From assembly GCA_964016885.1 (NCBI GenBank), contig OZ024749.1, forward strand, positions 22,816,001 to 22,880,000: a stretch of DNA of 64,000 bases, in the 5' to 3' direction. This DNA is from Eledone cirrhosa (lineage: Eukaryota). Below, piece after piece: positions 28,642-42,864 of this stretch. How positions within the stretch are numbered: position 1 is the first letter of the stretch; every line of letters begins with the position of its first letter. The notes below the pieces were generated by a model. That model was not told where the DNA came from and searched no databases. It was given only the letters and a program-made list of their open reading frames with translations. Made by a program: the position numbers and the translations under genes.

Positions 28642-31355
28642 TATTTCTTTTATTTGCCACTAGGGCATCAAAAGTGGGACAAGTACAAAGGGGGGAGTTT
28701 ACACAAAAAGGCGTCCTCAATAAGGAGGAGGCAATAACAAAATATAAAAATAAAATAAGATATAACAAAAAATAAAATTTTTAACAAAATCCTCAATAGA
28801 GAGGAGGCGCCTTGGGGGGTCGCACACACCCCCGAAAAAAGTGTGCAACCCTACTCCTCAGGAGCACAGAGAAGGGGTGCTCCCTTGGTCTTTCATCTTC
28901 CTCACCTATAGTCTGATGTAGAGTGAAGGCCCATTCACACGGGCCATTCTCGCCACTTTCACCCATCTTTCATAGAAACGGCTGGGGTGCAGCACCTCTC
29001 TCTCCATCCTGATCCTTCTTCCGAAATGATATCGGAAGAAACGGACCAGTTGTTGGCCAGAGAGAAAGGTGCCCGACCTCAGTCCTTTCAGACGCGTCCA
29101 CCATACAACCTCTTTCGCCATGGCTATTACGCACAGAAACACCGCCTCTGCTTCATCTTTGAAGGGGGGAGGCGGCTTGATCATTACAATAGACTCGGTG
29201 GTCAACCGGATCGGTCCCACCCTTGACAGCAGTTGTTCGACATAGCCCCACAGATCGGCTACGCCCGAGCAGTGTACCAATGCGTGTGCAACGGTTTCCT
29301 CGTCGCACACGCATCTGGGACAGATCTTTTTGGCGGGGTCCCTACCCGGGCGCCCGTGTCTGTAGAGCCTTTCTCGAACGGGTAAAGCCCCTCGGTAGCA
29401 CTGCCAGGCCAGGGACTTCTGGAAGTTGTCCATAGGTCCCGGGCTGAATGTCCTACCGAACAGGCTGGCCAGTTCGTCCTCCTCCATGTCTAGGGCTTCT
29501 CCGAGGGCGTCGTCGCACCTGCTGCGTACCAGCCCTCTATAGAATGTTGCGGTGGAGTCTCCACTGATAACCGGATCCGCCTGCCAGAGGGCGGTGAGCG
29601 CCTGGGCACACTCAGTGTGCCAGGCGCCCAGTTTTCTCGGTCTTTGCTTGACCCAGGATTGCAGCTCGGTGAGTGAGACGAGTCTGGGAAAGGTTCGTCT
29701 CACAAACGAGGCCCACACCGGTTGTCCGGTGAGGAATACGTAGAGGTGCCGTAGCCTTAATGCGTGTTTACGCATCATTAGCCACGGCATCCCCAGCCCT
29801 CCTTTCGAAGGGTGTTGACAGCAGATGGATCTCCTCACCATAGGAGCCCGCCTCTTCCAAAGGAATTGGAAGAGCGCGCGCTCCATCTTGGTGAGGGTTT
29901 CCCTTGGGCAGGGCACTACGGTCAGGCGGTAGTAGATGACGGACGCTATGTAGGTGTTCGCCACCTCCGCCCGACCTTTCAGGGATAGTTTGCAACTGGC
30001 CCACTTCTGGGTCAGTGCAAACACCCTGTTCGTAACCTCCGCCCAGTTTTTCTCCACCTGGAGGTCCGGTCCGAACCAGACCCCGAGCAACTTCACCGGG
30101 CCCTCCGTCCAGCGTCCGACGACGCCATCGGAGGGCATCGGTCTGCCCCTCCACGTGCCGAGTTGCAAACCGATCGACTTGTCCCGGTTCAGCTTAGCCC
30201 CTGTGAACTTTTCGTACTCCTCCAGTAAGGTGCCGACCGCCTCGATTTCGGAGGCCGTCGACACCATTACTGTCACGTCATCGGCGTAGGCCGACACCGC
30301 TTTCCGCAATCCCGGTTCCAAAGGGATGCCCTGCAACAACTCCAACTTCCGCAGTAGTGGCTCGAGAGTCAACACATACAGAAGGGAGGAGAGAGGGCAC
30401 CCTTGTCGGATGGACCGCGCGATTTTGAACGGCTCCGAGAGGTAGCCGTTCACCTTGACCCTAGAGCAGATGCGGCTGCTGTGCATAGCAGTGATCCAGC
30501 CCCTGAAAACGGGTCCGAAGCCTGCCGCCGCTAGCACCGCATCCAGGTAACCATGGTCGACCCTATCGAACGCCTTAGATTGATCCAAGTTGATCAGAGC
30601 CCCACCAAAGCCGGGTTCGTTCCCAACCCTCTCTATGATGTATCGCATGAGGTGGAGGTTGTCATGGATGGACCTGGACGGGATAGCGCATGTCTGCGCA
30701 TCTCCCACCAGGTTGCCCACGACAAGCGCCAACCTCTTTGCTAGCACCTTGGCCAAAATCTGTAACTCTGTATTTAGCAGTGTTATGGGCCTGAAGTTAC
30801 TTATTTCGTCCCCCTTGTTCTCGTCCTTCCTCACTAGCGTGACTACGCCCTTGGTCACAGTACAGGGAATTCTCCCGTTCTGTTGCCAGTTGCAGTAGAC
30901 CGCCTCGAGGAGATCGGGGAACAAGTCCGGCATAGCTAGATATAATTCGTAAGGAAGACCATCGAGACCCGGGGATTTGCGTTTGCCGCATTGGCTCAGC
31001 ACGTCCTCTATCTCAGCGGCCGAAATCGGCTCCTCGCAGGACTTGGCCTCCCTGTCCGAGAGGCGCGGCAGGCCGTCGAGGTATGGACCGAAGTCCACGT
31101 TCCTAACCGGCTCCCCGCCCCTCCCGAACAGTCGGGCAAAGTGCCTTTGAAAGGCCTCACACATCTGCTTAGGCTCAAGAATCGCCCGTCCATCCAGGTC
31201 TCGCAAAGACCGGATGGTGGATTTAGTTCCACTGTTGGCCTCTGTCACGCGGGCCCAGCTAACAGCTTTGGTCCCCTCGTTCCCTAGAGCACGTATTTTA
31301 CTTCGGACAACGCAGCCTTCGTGCTTCGCGTCGAAAAACTGGCTCAAAGCCGTAT
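28642..31355 (-). mobile_element. Tx1/L1-clade LINE, 5'-truncated, with 15-bp TSD
   Basis: TSD ggggtatgatagata at 28627-28641 and 31356-31370. The 3' UTR ends gtggcaaataaaagaaat. GC-rich body. Confidence 0.93.
28906..31352 (-). CDS. Tx1/L1-type ORF2 (RT + C-terminal CCHC), lacking the N-terminal endonuclease
   Basis: Uninterrupted ~815 codons: KSPGLDG, FRPITLLN, LDQSKAFDRV, IRQGCPLS, YADD, CPRC...ETVAHALVHC. The ORF-track N-terminus (31353-31689) is read-through of microsatellite. Confidence 0.88.
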
Positions 31356-31442
31356 GGGGTATGATAGATAGATGGATTATCAGATAGATAGATGAATAGA
31401 GAGTTAGATAGATAGATAGAGGGATAGATAGATAGATAGATG

Positions 31443-31496
<54 letters not shown>

Positions 31497-31519
31497 CAAA
31501 TAGATAGACAAATAGATAA

Positions 31520-31770
31520 ATTTCTTTATTAGCCACAAGGTCACAAAAGAAGGGGACACATACAAATGGGAAGTTTACATACAGGTATATGAAAATAAAA
31601 CTATTAATAAAATAACAAATCACAATTGAAATCCCCAATAGGGGAGAGGCGTTACACAGGGGTTGTACGCACCCCGAAAAAATGTACAACCCTCATCTCC
31701 AGGAGCACCAAGAGTGAGTACTCCCTTTCTCTCTTACTCTTTCAACCTACAGGCTTATATAGAGAGAGGG
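31520..31770 (-). mobile_element. 3' UTR fragment of the same Tx1-like family
   Basis: ttctttattagccacaagg...ccccaataggg, adjacent to (GATA)n. Confidence 0.8.
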
Positions 31771-32174
31771 ATAGAGAGAAGGAGATAGATAGATAGATAG
31801 AGAGAGAAAGAGGGGCATAGAGATATAGAGAGAGAAAAGAGAGAGAGAGAGAGATTCAGGAAGAAAGAAACAAAGAAGGGAAGATCGAAAGAAAGAATGA
31901 AAGACGAAAATAAGGAAAGAAAGGACGGCATGAAGGAAGGAGAGAACTGTGAGAAAGGCCCAATGTATTATTCATGATGTGGTACAGGCCAAGCGCCAAA
32001 GTCGCCTTATAAATCATTGGTGTATCCAATGTAATTTGCTCACCTTCACTCACACCAACACACTCACACATATGTAACCTACACACACAACATACATACA
32101 TACATACAAACACACACCCTCACATATATATATATATATATATATACATTCATATATATATATACATATGTATG

Positions 32175-32253
<79 letters not shown>

Positions 32254-32254
32254 G

Positions 32255-32341
<87 letters not shown>

Positions 32342-32497
32342 GTATATATATATATATATATACACACATATATATGTATATATATATATATGTATATATA
32401 TACATATGTATGTATATATATATACATATATATACACACACATATATATATGTATATATATATACATATATATATATATATGTATATATATACATGT

Positions 32498-32542
<45 letters not shown>

Positions 32543-32544
32543 TA

Positions 32545-32580
<36 letters not shown>

Positions 32581-32857
32581 CATATATATATATGTGTGTG
32601 TGTGTGTGTGTATATATGTATATATATGTATATATATATGTATATGTGAATGTGTGTATATACATACATACATACATATGTACATATATATGCACACGCA
32701 TAACACGCAAAAAGACACATACACACAAAATCTCATGGATACATAAACACACACACACAATCACACATAACACTCACACAAACACATAAAATATACAACA
32801 CATACATAATATACATACATATAAAGTGCACATATATATCACTATCTCATATTCTCA

Positions 32858-33400
32858 CTAACATATACTTACACACACATACAATACACAAACATTTACA
32901 TACACACACATAACATACACACACAATAACATATGCTTACGAACATATACATATACACACATAGAAAACACAAACATACACATACACACACACATAACAT
33001 ACAATAACATATGCTTACGAACATACTTATATACACATAACGTACACAATCCTATACATACACACACATAACGTACACAAGCCTATACATACACACACAT
33101 ATAAACACACAATTACATATCCTTACGAACATACGTATATACACATAACGTTCACAAGCCTATACATACAAACACATACCATACACATACCTATACATAC
33201 ACACACATAACGTACACAAGCCTATACACACACACACATAACATACACACACATATAAACACACAATTACATATGCTTACGAACATACGTATATACACAA
33301 CGTTCACAAGCCTATACATACAAACACATAACATACACAGACCTATACATACACACACATAACGTACACAAGCCTATACAAACACACACATAACGTACAT
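32858..33400. repeat. CA-rich minisatellite (~30-bp units)
   Basis: Recurrent cataacgtacacaagcctataca and atgcttacgaacatac. Confidence 0.7.
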
Positions 33401-33714
33401 ACACGCCCATATACTACACAATTAGATAGGCTTCTATACACATACATACATACAAATGTGCAAACACAAAAGCTTTACATTCAATATTTCAAATCAAAAT
33501 TTAAGAGAATCTATATGCGAAATACTCGATATCTTCATAAAAACATGCCTACAGATCGTAAAAGTAAAATCACATCAAATTATTTTCCTTCTAAATGTAT
33601 TTCTCCATGTGACTACCGTTATCTGTGGCCATAAATCTTGGGTTACGACCGAAGGAACACTATCACCAATACAAGCCGTCTTTATTGGGTTCTGGTAACA
33701 ATACTCAATAAAGG

Positions 33715-34270
33715 GAGTAGGTCGGAGAACATAGGAGCCTTACAGGTAGAATCGCTACTTCTCAGAATTGAGGGATCACAGCTCTGATACTACATGTGGT
33801 TAGAATGTATCAGGAAAGAACCGCTGGACCGATAACACGGGTAAAGCCAAATCGTAGGAGACCCAAAGGCAGACCACGGATAAGATAATTGCTAATACAA
33901 GCCAGCCTAAATACGGTTCCTCCGAAAGGTTTTTACGGTAACGTTACTATTTACCATGAGTAGGTCGGAGTTCATAGGGCCCTACAGAGAGAATCGCTAC
34001 CTTTCCGAAGTGAAGCATCACAACTCCGATATTACATGCCGTTAGAATGTATCAGGAAATAACCCTTGGACAAATATCACGGGTAAAGCCAACTTGCCAA
34101 CTTTCAAGAGACCCAGGGGCAGACCACGAACAAGATGATTGCATAACATACAAGAGTTTTGCTGGTCACGCTTGAGGATACAGCCGGATCAAGCAGAGAC
34201 GGTTGTTTCTGATACGACCCTCTGGAATGCGTGTCTAAAGTCTCTACTTCCAGAAGTAAATGGGAGAAGA
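33715..34270 (+). mobile_element. Degenerate RTE-like LINE 3' end with internal duplication
   Basis: LLRIE.SQL...HVVRM.QE...RRPKGRPR-like coding remnant present twice (33715-33892, 33957-34142). Confidence 0.6.
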
Positions 34271-34384
34271 TCTATTTACCTATGACTCGTGTCAACAATG
34301 CCGTAATCTACAGTACTTTTAGTAGTTTAGTTATTACTGAGAATTTATTTAGTTAGTTAAGTCTGTTCTAAGTCGACGGCACAT

Positions 34385-34636
34385 CAACCAGGGGCTTATC
34401 CCTGGTTTCATTAGTGTTAAGCGACTAAGATTACCAGAGACTATCTGGACACAACTCAGGTCTATCACAGGATTAATTCCCCCAGCTATTGCTGGGGCTC
34501 ATTCTCAGCTGAGTGTCCTGAAGCAATATGAAATTAAGTGTTTTGATCAAGAACACAACTCAGTCCTCTGACCAGGATTCGAACCAATGATATTATGATC
34601 GTAAGACCACCATCCTAACCATTTGGTCATGCGGCT
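34385..34636 (-). mobile_element. tRNA-derived SINE with CORE-like domain
   Basis: Reverse complement shows A-box tgaccaaatgg, B-box ggttcgaatcc, then ttgtgttcttgatcaaaacactt...cagctgagaatg. Confidence 0.65.
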
Positions 34637-35862
34637 TAACTGATGTTAACACAGTAAATGTGGCGCTTACTGAATATTCTACTGCTTGTAGGGTCTGCAA
34701 AAAGACCTTACACTGATAGTATTTTCCTGGCTATATGTGAGGTGCTCATCAGGGTAGCCTATTGTGATTAGAGGTCTGTTAACATCATCACCGCCATCAC
34801 CTTTATCATCATCATTTATTTTTATTACTATCATTTTTGTTTTGTGTTCATACCAGTTATCACCAAGTCACCACAAGTGAACTCAAGAGACACCAAATTC
34901 CGCCATGTTTAAATAAAAAATAAAATAAAGATGTTTACACTCATGAGGCACTTATATCGACAGAATTATCCTCAGTGTATGGGACAGTTCACATAACTAC
35001 TATCTTTTGTATTTCTTCTCTACGTGGGTTTCCTGGAATTTGGAATGAGTAGCCGGTGGATTGACAGAGACGGTAGAGCGCCGGCCAACATGCTTTACAG
35101 AACATAGTTAGAGCCCTATTACGTTCTGGGATGAAATATCGCCGACGTTAACATTCCTTTTCATGATTACGAGGTCAATGAAATAAAGTACCAGTAATGC
35201 AATGTGTCAATTCAATCAACTTTTCCCTTCACTTCAATTGCTAGCCTTGAGCCAAACGTAGAAACAGTTATTTGGATGGTCGAAATGTGAGCACTTGGAT
35301 GGAATTAAAATGAAAAACACATATTATGCATGTATATGTTAAATGGAGTAAGACGAACAGACCAGACAGGATATATATATTTTTTATAATTTACAATTTA
35401 TATCGTTGATCTTCCGTAATAAATTTCATTCCACTAAAACTGATACATGAGCACAACAGAAAATAGAAGATTAGTAAAAAATATTTATTATGACCAAGTC
35501 ACGTCACGGAGTTTTCGAGATCTAAAACGAGATTGCCATTCAACACTAATCTAATTCAACCAAGAATTAGGAATTTTTATCTCAGGAGAGTTGGTCTGAG
35601 AGAGCGAGAGGGGGAGGGGTGGGTGGGGGCTGAGAGAAAGGTAGATAGATAGAGGGGGAGAAAGAAAGGGAAAAAATAAAAAAGATCGCAATGGATAGGA
35701 GACATTTGACATACACACAAACACACAAGCACACACACACACACACACAAATAGACAATGAAATACACACTTAAATATAGAAATACTCTTACATATATTC
35801 ACACCAATACGATAACCAAGAAAACACACACCTTCACATATTTCTTTATCGACACACACACT

Positions 35863-35894
<32 letters not shown>

Positions 35895-36581
35895 AATATA
35901 TATATATATATGCACACGTATATATATATATGCACATATACATATATGTATATATATATATGTGTGTGTCTATATACATATATATATATATATATGTATA
36001 TATATATGTATATAGACACAGATATATGTATACATATATATATATGCCTATATATATATATATTTGGTGGTTGCCAACTCGTTTTCGAGTACGGCCACTA
36101 CTTTATATCCATGTAGGAGAACCCCTACCGATGGGCTGAACGAGTGTGACTTTTTAGTCCAGCCAGCGACTTGCAAACTCTGATACAAACACTACACTTG
36201 TGACAATTATAGACACATAGTGCTGGGCGCATGGTACCATGTGACGACAAGTGCAGAGAGATCTCCACATACAAAGCAAAGGGCAAAGGAGCTCTTAAGA
36301 GTCAATGGCCATCCAAAATCACTGGGAGAGATGACCCCTTAGCCTTTGTCAAGGCAGAATTCTAGGAGAAGGAAAACTCTGATATAACACCTGCAGCCCT
36401 GATGGTATCCAATGATGCTGACTTGTTCTTCATTTTGGTAAATATCATCTTGGTTAAGAGAGTGGGACTGGCTTTGTCCAGTGCCTTTGCTCACTATAAA
36501 AGCTTCACGGCACAGGCATATATATATATGAGAGACGTAAAACAAGAAAATTAAAACATTAACTTACTTACTAAAATTTCA

Positions 36582-36660
36582 CTCCAACTAATTAGTTTCT
36601 GAAAGGGAATAAACATACTTTCCGAAGAAACGTACGGAGAAGCCTTTCGTCATCAGGGAA
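36582..36660 (-). ncRNA. Type-I hammerhead ribozyme
   Basis: Reverse complement reads ttcc-CTGATGA-cgaaagg...cctttca-GAAA-ctaattag-TT-ggag. Confidence 0.85.
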
Positions 36661-37105
36661 GTCTATTCTCGGCTAAGTTTCCAGGCAATACGTGGACACA
36701 GGGAACTTATACAAAAATAATTCAGTGGATGGACAAAAGCAAAGCGTGGACTGAATTCCAAGCCATTGAGAAAATCACTGCCTACTGCGTCGGTGGCAAA
36801 TTCAAAAGAATCAATCACGTGACATCGCGGTCAATCAGTGAAGAGTGGTTTGTTAAGAAGACAGCAGCCGAACTGTTACTATAGTAGCAGTTTTGGCCAA
36901 TTTTTGCTCGACAAAATAATTTCGAGATAATTATAAAGAATTAGTATATCTAGTAACATATATATACACAGATGCATACTTATGCTAGCAAATATATAGG
37001 TTTTGACTTAGTAACTTTGTGGTTCAATGCATGGGGATGCAGAACAATAATATGAGAGACGTAAAATAAGAAAATTATAAAATTAACTTACTTACTAAAA
37101 TTTCA

Positions 37106-37184
37106 CTCCAACTAATTAGTTTCTGAAAGGGAATAAACATACTGTCCGAAGAAGCGTACGGAGAAGCCTTTCGTCATCAGGGAA
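37106..37184 (-). ncRNA. Type-I hammerhead ribozyme (second unit)
   Basis: Same motif 524 bp away. Confidence 0.85.
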
Positions 37185-37303
37185 AGTCTATTCTCGGCTA
37201 AGTTTCCAGGCAATACGTGGACACAGGGAACTTATACAAAAATAATTCAGTGGATGGAAAAAAGCAAAGCGTGGATGACTGAATTCCAAGCCATTGAGAA
37301 AAT

Positions 37304-37334
<31 letters not shown>

Positions 37335-37373
37335 GTATATAAATATATATGTATGTATATATATATATATATG

Positions 37374-37413
<40 letters not shown>

Positions 37414-37672
37414 AGTAGGCAACTCAGGAAACTGGGATAACTCCGATATAAAACCTGCGGCTCAGTGGTAACCGATGATGTTGATCTTTTCTTCTTTTCG
37501 GGTTATAGCTACTGTCGCACAGAGAGTGGGATTGGCTCAGTGCACAGTCTTTCCTCACATCAAAAAAAATATATATTCACGCACAGATATTGCACAATAT
37601 AATTAATTAATAATTATTAAAAATGGTATATCGTGCAATGGCCATACTCGATAACGAGGCGGCAGCCATCAT

Positions 37673-37904
<232 letters not shown>

Positions 37905-37928
37905 GATATCTATATATGTGTGTGTGTG

Positions 37929-37986
<58 letters not shown>

Positions 37987-38056
37987 TACAGATACAATCA
38001 GGTGTTGCAAGGCACGTATATTCTAGCCATTAGTAAAAGCAATCGGGATGACTTAA

Positions 38057-38099
<43 letters not shown>

Positions 38100-38101
<2 letters not shown>

Positions 38102-38459
38102 TTTCTTTATTAACCACAAGGGTTTACATAAAGTAGACATTAAGGACAGTGCAGGACACTACAGGACGGTACAAATGGGCATTTCTGCGTGTCAAAAACA
38201 CAAACAGAGGATGTAACATAAACATAACAATGAAAAATTCCCCAATAGGGGGGAGACTTCGGAGGGACATTTGTGGAGAAAGCCCAGTAAAAGGCCACAA
38301 TGACCCTGACCACCAAGGCAAGTGCCCTCTCCCAGTTTTCCACCTTTAATTTACAGATATATACTCAGAGTAGGCCCATTCACTCGGGCCATTCTTGCTT
38401 CTCTCGCCCATCTTTCAACAAAATGCTGGGAAGAGAGCACTTCCCTCTCTACTCTGATT

Positions 38460-38461
<2 letters not shown>
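38100..38461 (-). mobile_element. Tx1-like 3' fragment inserted in (TAA)n (second copy 41423-41763)
   Basis: Encodes IRVEREVLS....ERW...ARMARVNGPTL-like C-terminus. 3' end ccttgtggttaataaagaaatc(att)n. Confidence 0.8.
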
Positions 38462-38511
<50 letters not shown>

Positions 38512-38512
<1 letters not shown>

Positions 38513-40122
38513 TTGTCCTTGCCCTGATGCCCCTGACCATTGTACTGTGAAAAGTGAGAGCAGGATACAGGTTGGGAAAGGGAGGGCTTACCATCAATCA
38601 CCTCCTCTTCATGGACGATCTTAAGCTCTTCGGGAAGAGTGAGAAGGAGTTGGATGTGCTTGTTGACACTGTCCATATTTTCAGCAATGATATATGTATG
38701 CAATTTGGTATTAGTAAGTGTGGAGTCATTGTGATGAGGAGGGGTAAGTTGAGCAGAAGTAACGGAATCCAGATACCAACAGGTGAGATGATAAAAGAAA
38801 TTGACTCTGAAGAAGGATACAAGTATTTGGGCGTTCTGGAGGCTGATGACATCAAGAACAAAAAAATGAAGGAATTGATAAGAACTGAATACCTTCGGAG
38901 AGTAAGGAGCGTATTAATGTCACATCTGAACAGTAGGAATGCCATAAGTTCAGTAAATTCCCGAGCTGTGTCTATTATTAGGTACAGTGTGGGAATTCTG
39001 AGATGGAATGTTGCTGAACAAAAAGAAATGGATAGGAAGACTAGGAAGCTATTGACTATCTACAATATGTTCCACAAGAGGAGTGATGTCGATAGACTCT
39101 ACTTAAGGAGATCTGAGAGTGGAAGAGGTCTTATCAGCATTGAGGACTGTGTTCAGATGGAGAAAAACAACCTACACAAATACGTGACTGATAGTAAGGA
39201 GCCAATGCTCAGAGCTGTACTGAAGGAGGGGACAATAGGCCAGGGGATGTCCAAGGAGGAAATAACATCAAGGAGAAAGAGCAGCCTTCAGGAAAAATCC
39301 CTTCATAGTACCTTCTTTGAGAAAACTGAATTTAGAGATCCACAGACATGGAACTGGTTGAAAAGAGGAGACCTTAAAAAGGCTACAGAAGTAATGTTAA
39401 TGGCTGCGCAGGAGCAGGCCCTCAAAACGAAGTGGTTGAAACACCACATTTACAAGGAGGAGGCTAGCCCACTGTGCAGGATCTGTGGAGAGAGAGAGGA
39501 GACTGTGGCTCACATTGTATCCGAGTGTAAACACCTAGCCCAGAGTCACTATAAGGGCTGCAGACATGATGTGATGGGCAGGGTGATCCACTGTCACCTG
39601 TGCAAAGTAAACAATTTACCACATTCTGAGAAGTGGTATGAGCATAAGCCAGAGGCGGTGATAGAAAACGATCAGGTGAAGGTGCTGTGGGATTTTAGGA
39701 TATAGACGGACAAGAAACTGGAACACAATAGACCTGACCTGGTGGTTTTGGACAAAGAAAACGATCGTGCCTGATTGTGGATGTGGCCTGCCCATTCGAC
39801 ACGAGAGTGCAAGAGAAGGAGAGGGAGAAAATTAACCGATACCATGACTTAAAGTGGGAGGTAAAAAGGATTTGGAACTGCCATGAAGTCAAAGTGATCC
39901 CGATTGTCATAGGCGCACTGGGGACTATCTCAAAAAGTTTCCAGGGATGGTTAAAGAAAATTGGCCCCTTCACGCTTTTTGGAACGCTTCAGAGGGCATA
40001 CTTGCTGGGAACAGCAAGAACCCTCCGATACGTCCTGAATATCTGAGGCTGCAGGTAGTGGCTTGACATTCATCTATACAAACTTTCCAGTTAACTAACA
40101 TCAATGACTGAGACTCAAAGAG
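38512..40122 (+). mobile_element. R4/Dong-clade LINE (RT C-half + CCHC + restriction-like endonuclease), 5'-truncated, in (TAA)n
   Basis: NHLLFMDDLKLF, YKYLG, CRICGEREETVAHIVSEC, RHD, WDFRI.TD...HNRPDLVV, DVACP, KINRYHDL, IPIVIGALG. Stop at 39703-39705 and frameshift ~39770. (TAA)n on both sides. Confidence 0.92.
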
Positions 40123-40148
40123 TAATAACAATAATAATAATAATAATA

Positions 40149-40817
40149 AGCTCCAACCGAATAATAAATAGCTCCAACCGAAGACCTAAACAGGCATGAC
40201 AGAGCTGCACAATACATGCATTGGATAATGTGTAAGCATTTTGACCTGCCCCATCAAAAGAATTGGTGGGAGCATCAACCACCTCCCATACTTGAAAAAT
40301 ATCACATCTCAATCTTGTGGAACTTTAGCATCCAAACAGACCGAAAAATAGATGCAAATAGACCTGATATAATATTGAAGGACTTTAAAAAGAGGTTATG
40401 ACTGCTAATTGATATGTCCGTTCCAATAGACAAGAATGTATTTATAAAAACATTTGAAAATTTGAGCAAGTATAAGGACCTGGAGATAGAAAGTGGAAAA
40501 ATGTGGAAATTGAGAACTAAAACAATACCAGTGGTTGTAGGCGCTCTGGGAATGATACCTAAGGGGTTTAATTATTACTTATCGCAAATCCCAGGAAACC
40601 CGCGTATAGGAGAAATACAAAAGATAGTACTAATGGGAACTGCCCATATACTAAGGAAGATTCTGTCAATATAAGTACATCACACGTCTAATCACTAAAG
40701 ATGCATGTGTGAGTATGTATGTTCTTTCTTGAACATGGCGGACCTTGTTGTCTCTTGAGGTCACTGGTTGTGACTTGGTGATAACTCGTATGAATATAAA
40801 GAAAGATAAATGCAACT

Positions 40818-40818
<1 letters not shown>
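40149..40818 (+). mobile_element. 3' fragment of a second Dong-like subfamily
   Basis: RHD, WNFSIQTDRKIDANRPDII, DMSVP, KYKDL, IPVVVGALG; different 3' UTR; followed by (TAA)n. Confidence 0.85.
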
Positions 40819-40867
<49 letters not shown>

Positions 40868-40868
<1 letters not shown>

Positions 40869-41150
40869 GTGGGAGGTGAAAAGGATTTGGAACTGCCATG
40901 AAGTCAAAGTGATCCCGATTGTCATAGGCGCACTGGGGACTATCTCCAAAAGTTTCCAGGGATGGTTAAAGAAAATCGGCCCCTTCACGCTTTTTGGAAC
41001 GCTTCAAAAGGCATGCTTGCTTGGAACAGCAAGAACCCTCCGATACGTCCTGAATATCTGAGGCTGCAGGTAGTGGCTTGATATTCATTCCAACGGACTT
41101 TCCAGTTAACCAACATCAATGACTGAGATTCAAGGAATAACAACAACAAC

Positions 41151-41236
<86 letters not shown>

Positions 41237-41372
41237 CCTTCAAAAGGCATGCTTGCTGGCAACAGCCAGAACCCTCCGATACGTCCTGAATATCTGAGGC
41301 TGCAGGTTGTCGCTTGATATTCATTCCAACGGACTTTCCAGTTAACTAACATCAATGACTGAGACTCAAGGA
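40868..41372 (+). mobile_element. Two further 3' fragments of the first Dong-like family (40868-41136, 41236-41372)
   Basis: Near-identical to 39853-40122 and separated by (TAA)n. Confidence 0.88.
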
Positions 41373-42089
41373 ACAATAATAATAATAATAATAATAATAA
41401 TTATAATAATAATAATAATAATGATTTCTTTATTAACCACAAGGGTTTACATAAAGTAGACATTAAGGACAGTTCAGGACAATGCAGGACGGTACAAATG
41501 GGCATTTCTGCGTGTCAAAAACAAAAACAGAGTATGTAACAAAAAATAACAATGAAAAATTCCCCAATAGGGGGGAGACTTCGGAGGGACATTTGTGGAC
41601 ATTTGTGGAGAAAGCCCAGTAAAAAGCCACAATGACCCTGACCACCAAGGCAAGTGCCCTCTCCCAGTTTTCCACCTTTAATTTACAGATATATACTCAG
41701 AGTAGGCCCATTCACTCGGGCCATTCTTGCTTCTCTCACCCATCTTTCAACAAAATGCTGGGAATAATAATAATAATAATAAGAAGAAGAAGAAGTAAAA
41801 GAAGGCGAATCCCATCATATATTCCTATATAAGTTTGTTACATGGTAGAAATAGCGATGGAGCAGTCATGTCTGTCATTCTGCAATATATTATGTATTCT
41901 CAGATTATTTCGTAAGCTTTACATTAAATATAGAAACATATAAGCATAAATTTCAACTGCGCTTTCACTTAACATATGAAGATTGTAGTAGTTTTATGGC
42001 AGCTGATAAGAGAAGCAGCAACAACATCCACAACAACAACAAAACACTACTACTACTACTACTACTACTAATAATAATAATAATAATAA

Positions 42090-42427
42090 TTGTTTCTACT
42101 TTTGGCACAAGGCCAGCAATTACCGAGTGCATTAATGGTACTTTATTTTATCGACCCCGTACGGATGAAAGGCAAAGTTAATCTCGGCGGGATTTGAACT
42201 CAGAATGGCTAGGGCCGTATCTCTATGCGTCGAAGCATGGCGTCCGACTCTCTACCGATACTGCCAATAGCCCTTTTTCTACTACTACTACTAATAATAA
42301 TAATAATAGTTTCTACTTTAGGCATCAGGCCAGCAATTTTGGGGCGATGGAAAAGTCGATCAAATCGACCACAGTACGTTACTGGTACCTTACTTTATCG
42401 ACCTAGTAAGGATGAAAGGCAAAGTTG
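42090..42427 (-). mobile_element. Pair of tRNA-derived SINEs (second truncated)
   Basis: Same family as 27420-27845. Confidence 0.8.
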
Positions 42428-42641
42428 CGTGTAATACAGCTTAAAAAATGCATGGCATCAATATAACAGTTATAACAGTATTTTTTAAGCTGTATTACAC
42501 GCACCCTCTCTATTGTTTGTATTATATATTTTTCTCATGTTCTCAATATTAGGGTATACATATTGAGTTTTGTCATATGTTAATTACTACCATGACTGAA
42601 TCTTAACCATCTACTATGTCAGGGTATGTCATGCATCATCT

Positions 42642-42708
42642 TATTTTATCTGATGAGGACGTACTGTTGAACTTAACTCAGTACCTCTGAAATATGTATA
42701 ATAAAATA
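42642..42708 (+). ncRNA. Type-I hammerhead ribozyme in element 42427-42852
   Basis: tattttat-CTGATGA-ggacgtactg...cagtacctct-GAAA-tatgta-TA-ataaaata. The element starts with a 23-bp inverted repeat and has the GAGTGCT tail. Confidence 0.85.
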
Positions 42709-42864
42709 TACTTGATATCAAGAATATCTATTTTGTTAATATTTTGAATTAATATTAATAACTCTGGAAAACCTTTTATCACTGTTGAGTGCTTCCAATC
42801 TATTGTAAAACTCATTCTTTGATGTATTCATTGAACCTTGTTCAACTTTTAAATATATATATAT

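Larger units (their letters stand above)
36525..37303 (-). repeat. Tandem array, 524-bp period (~1.5 units), diverged relative of 14571-15780
   Basis: Colinear with the reverse complement of the 523-bp unit; two intact hammerheads. Confidence 0.9.

Noticed and set aside
31353-31689. N-terminal ~112 aa of the 927-aa ORF
   Set aside because: It lies outside the TSD-defined element and is chance read-through of (TATC)n and a neighbouring 3' UTR fragment.
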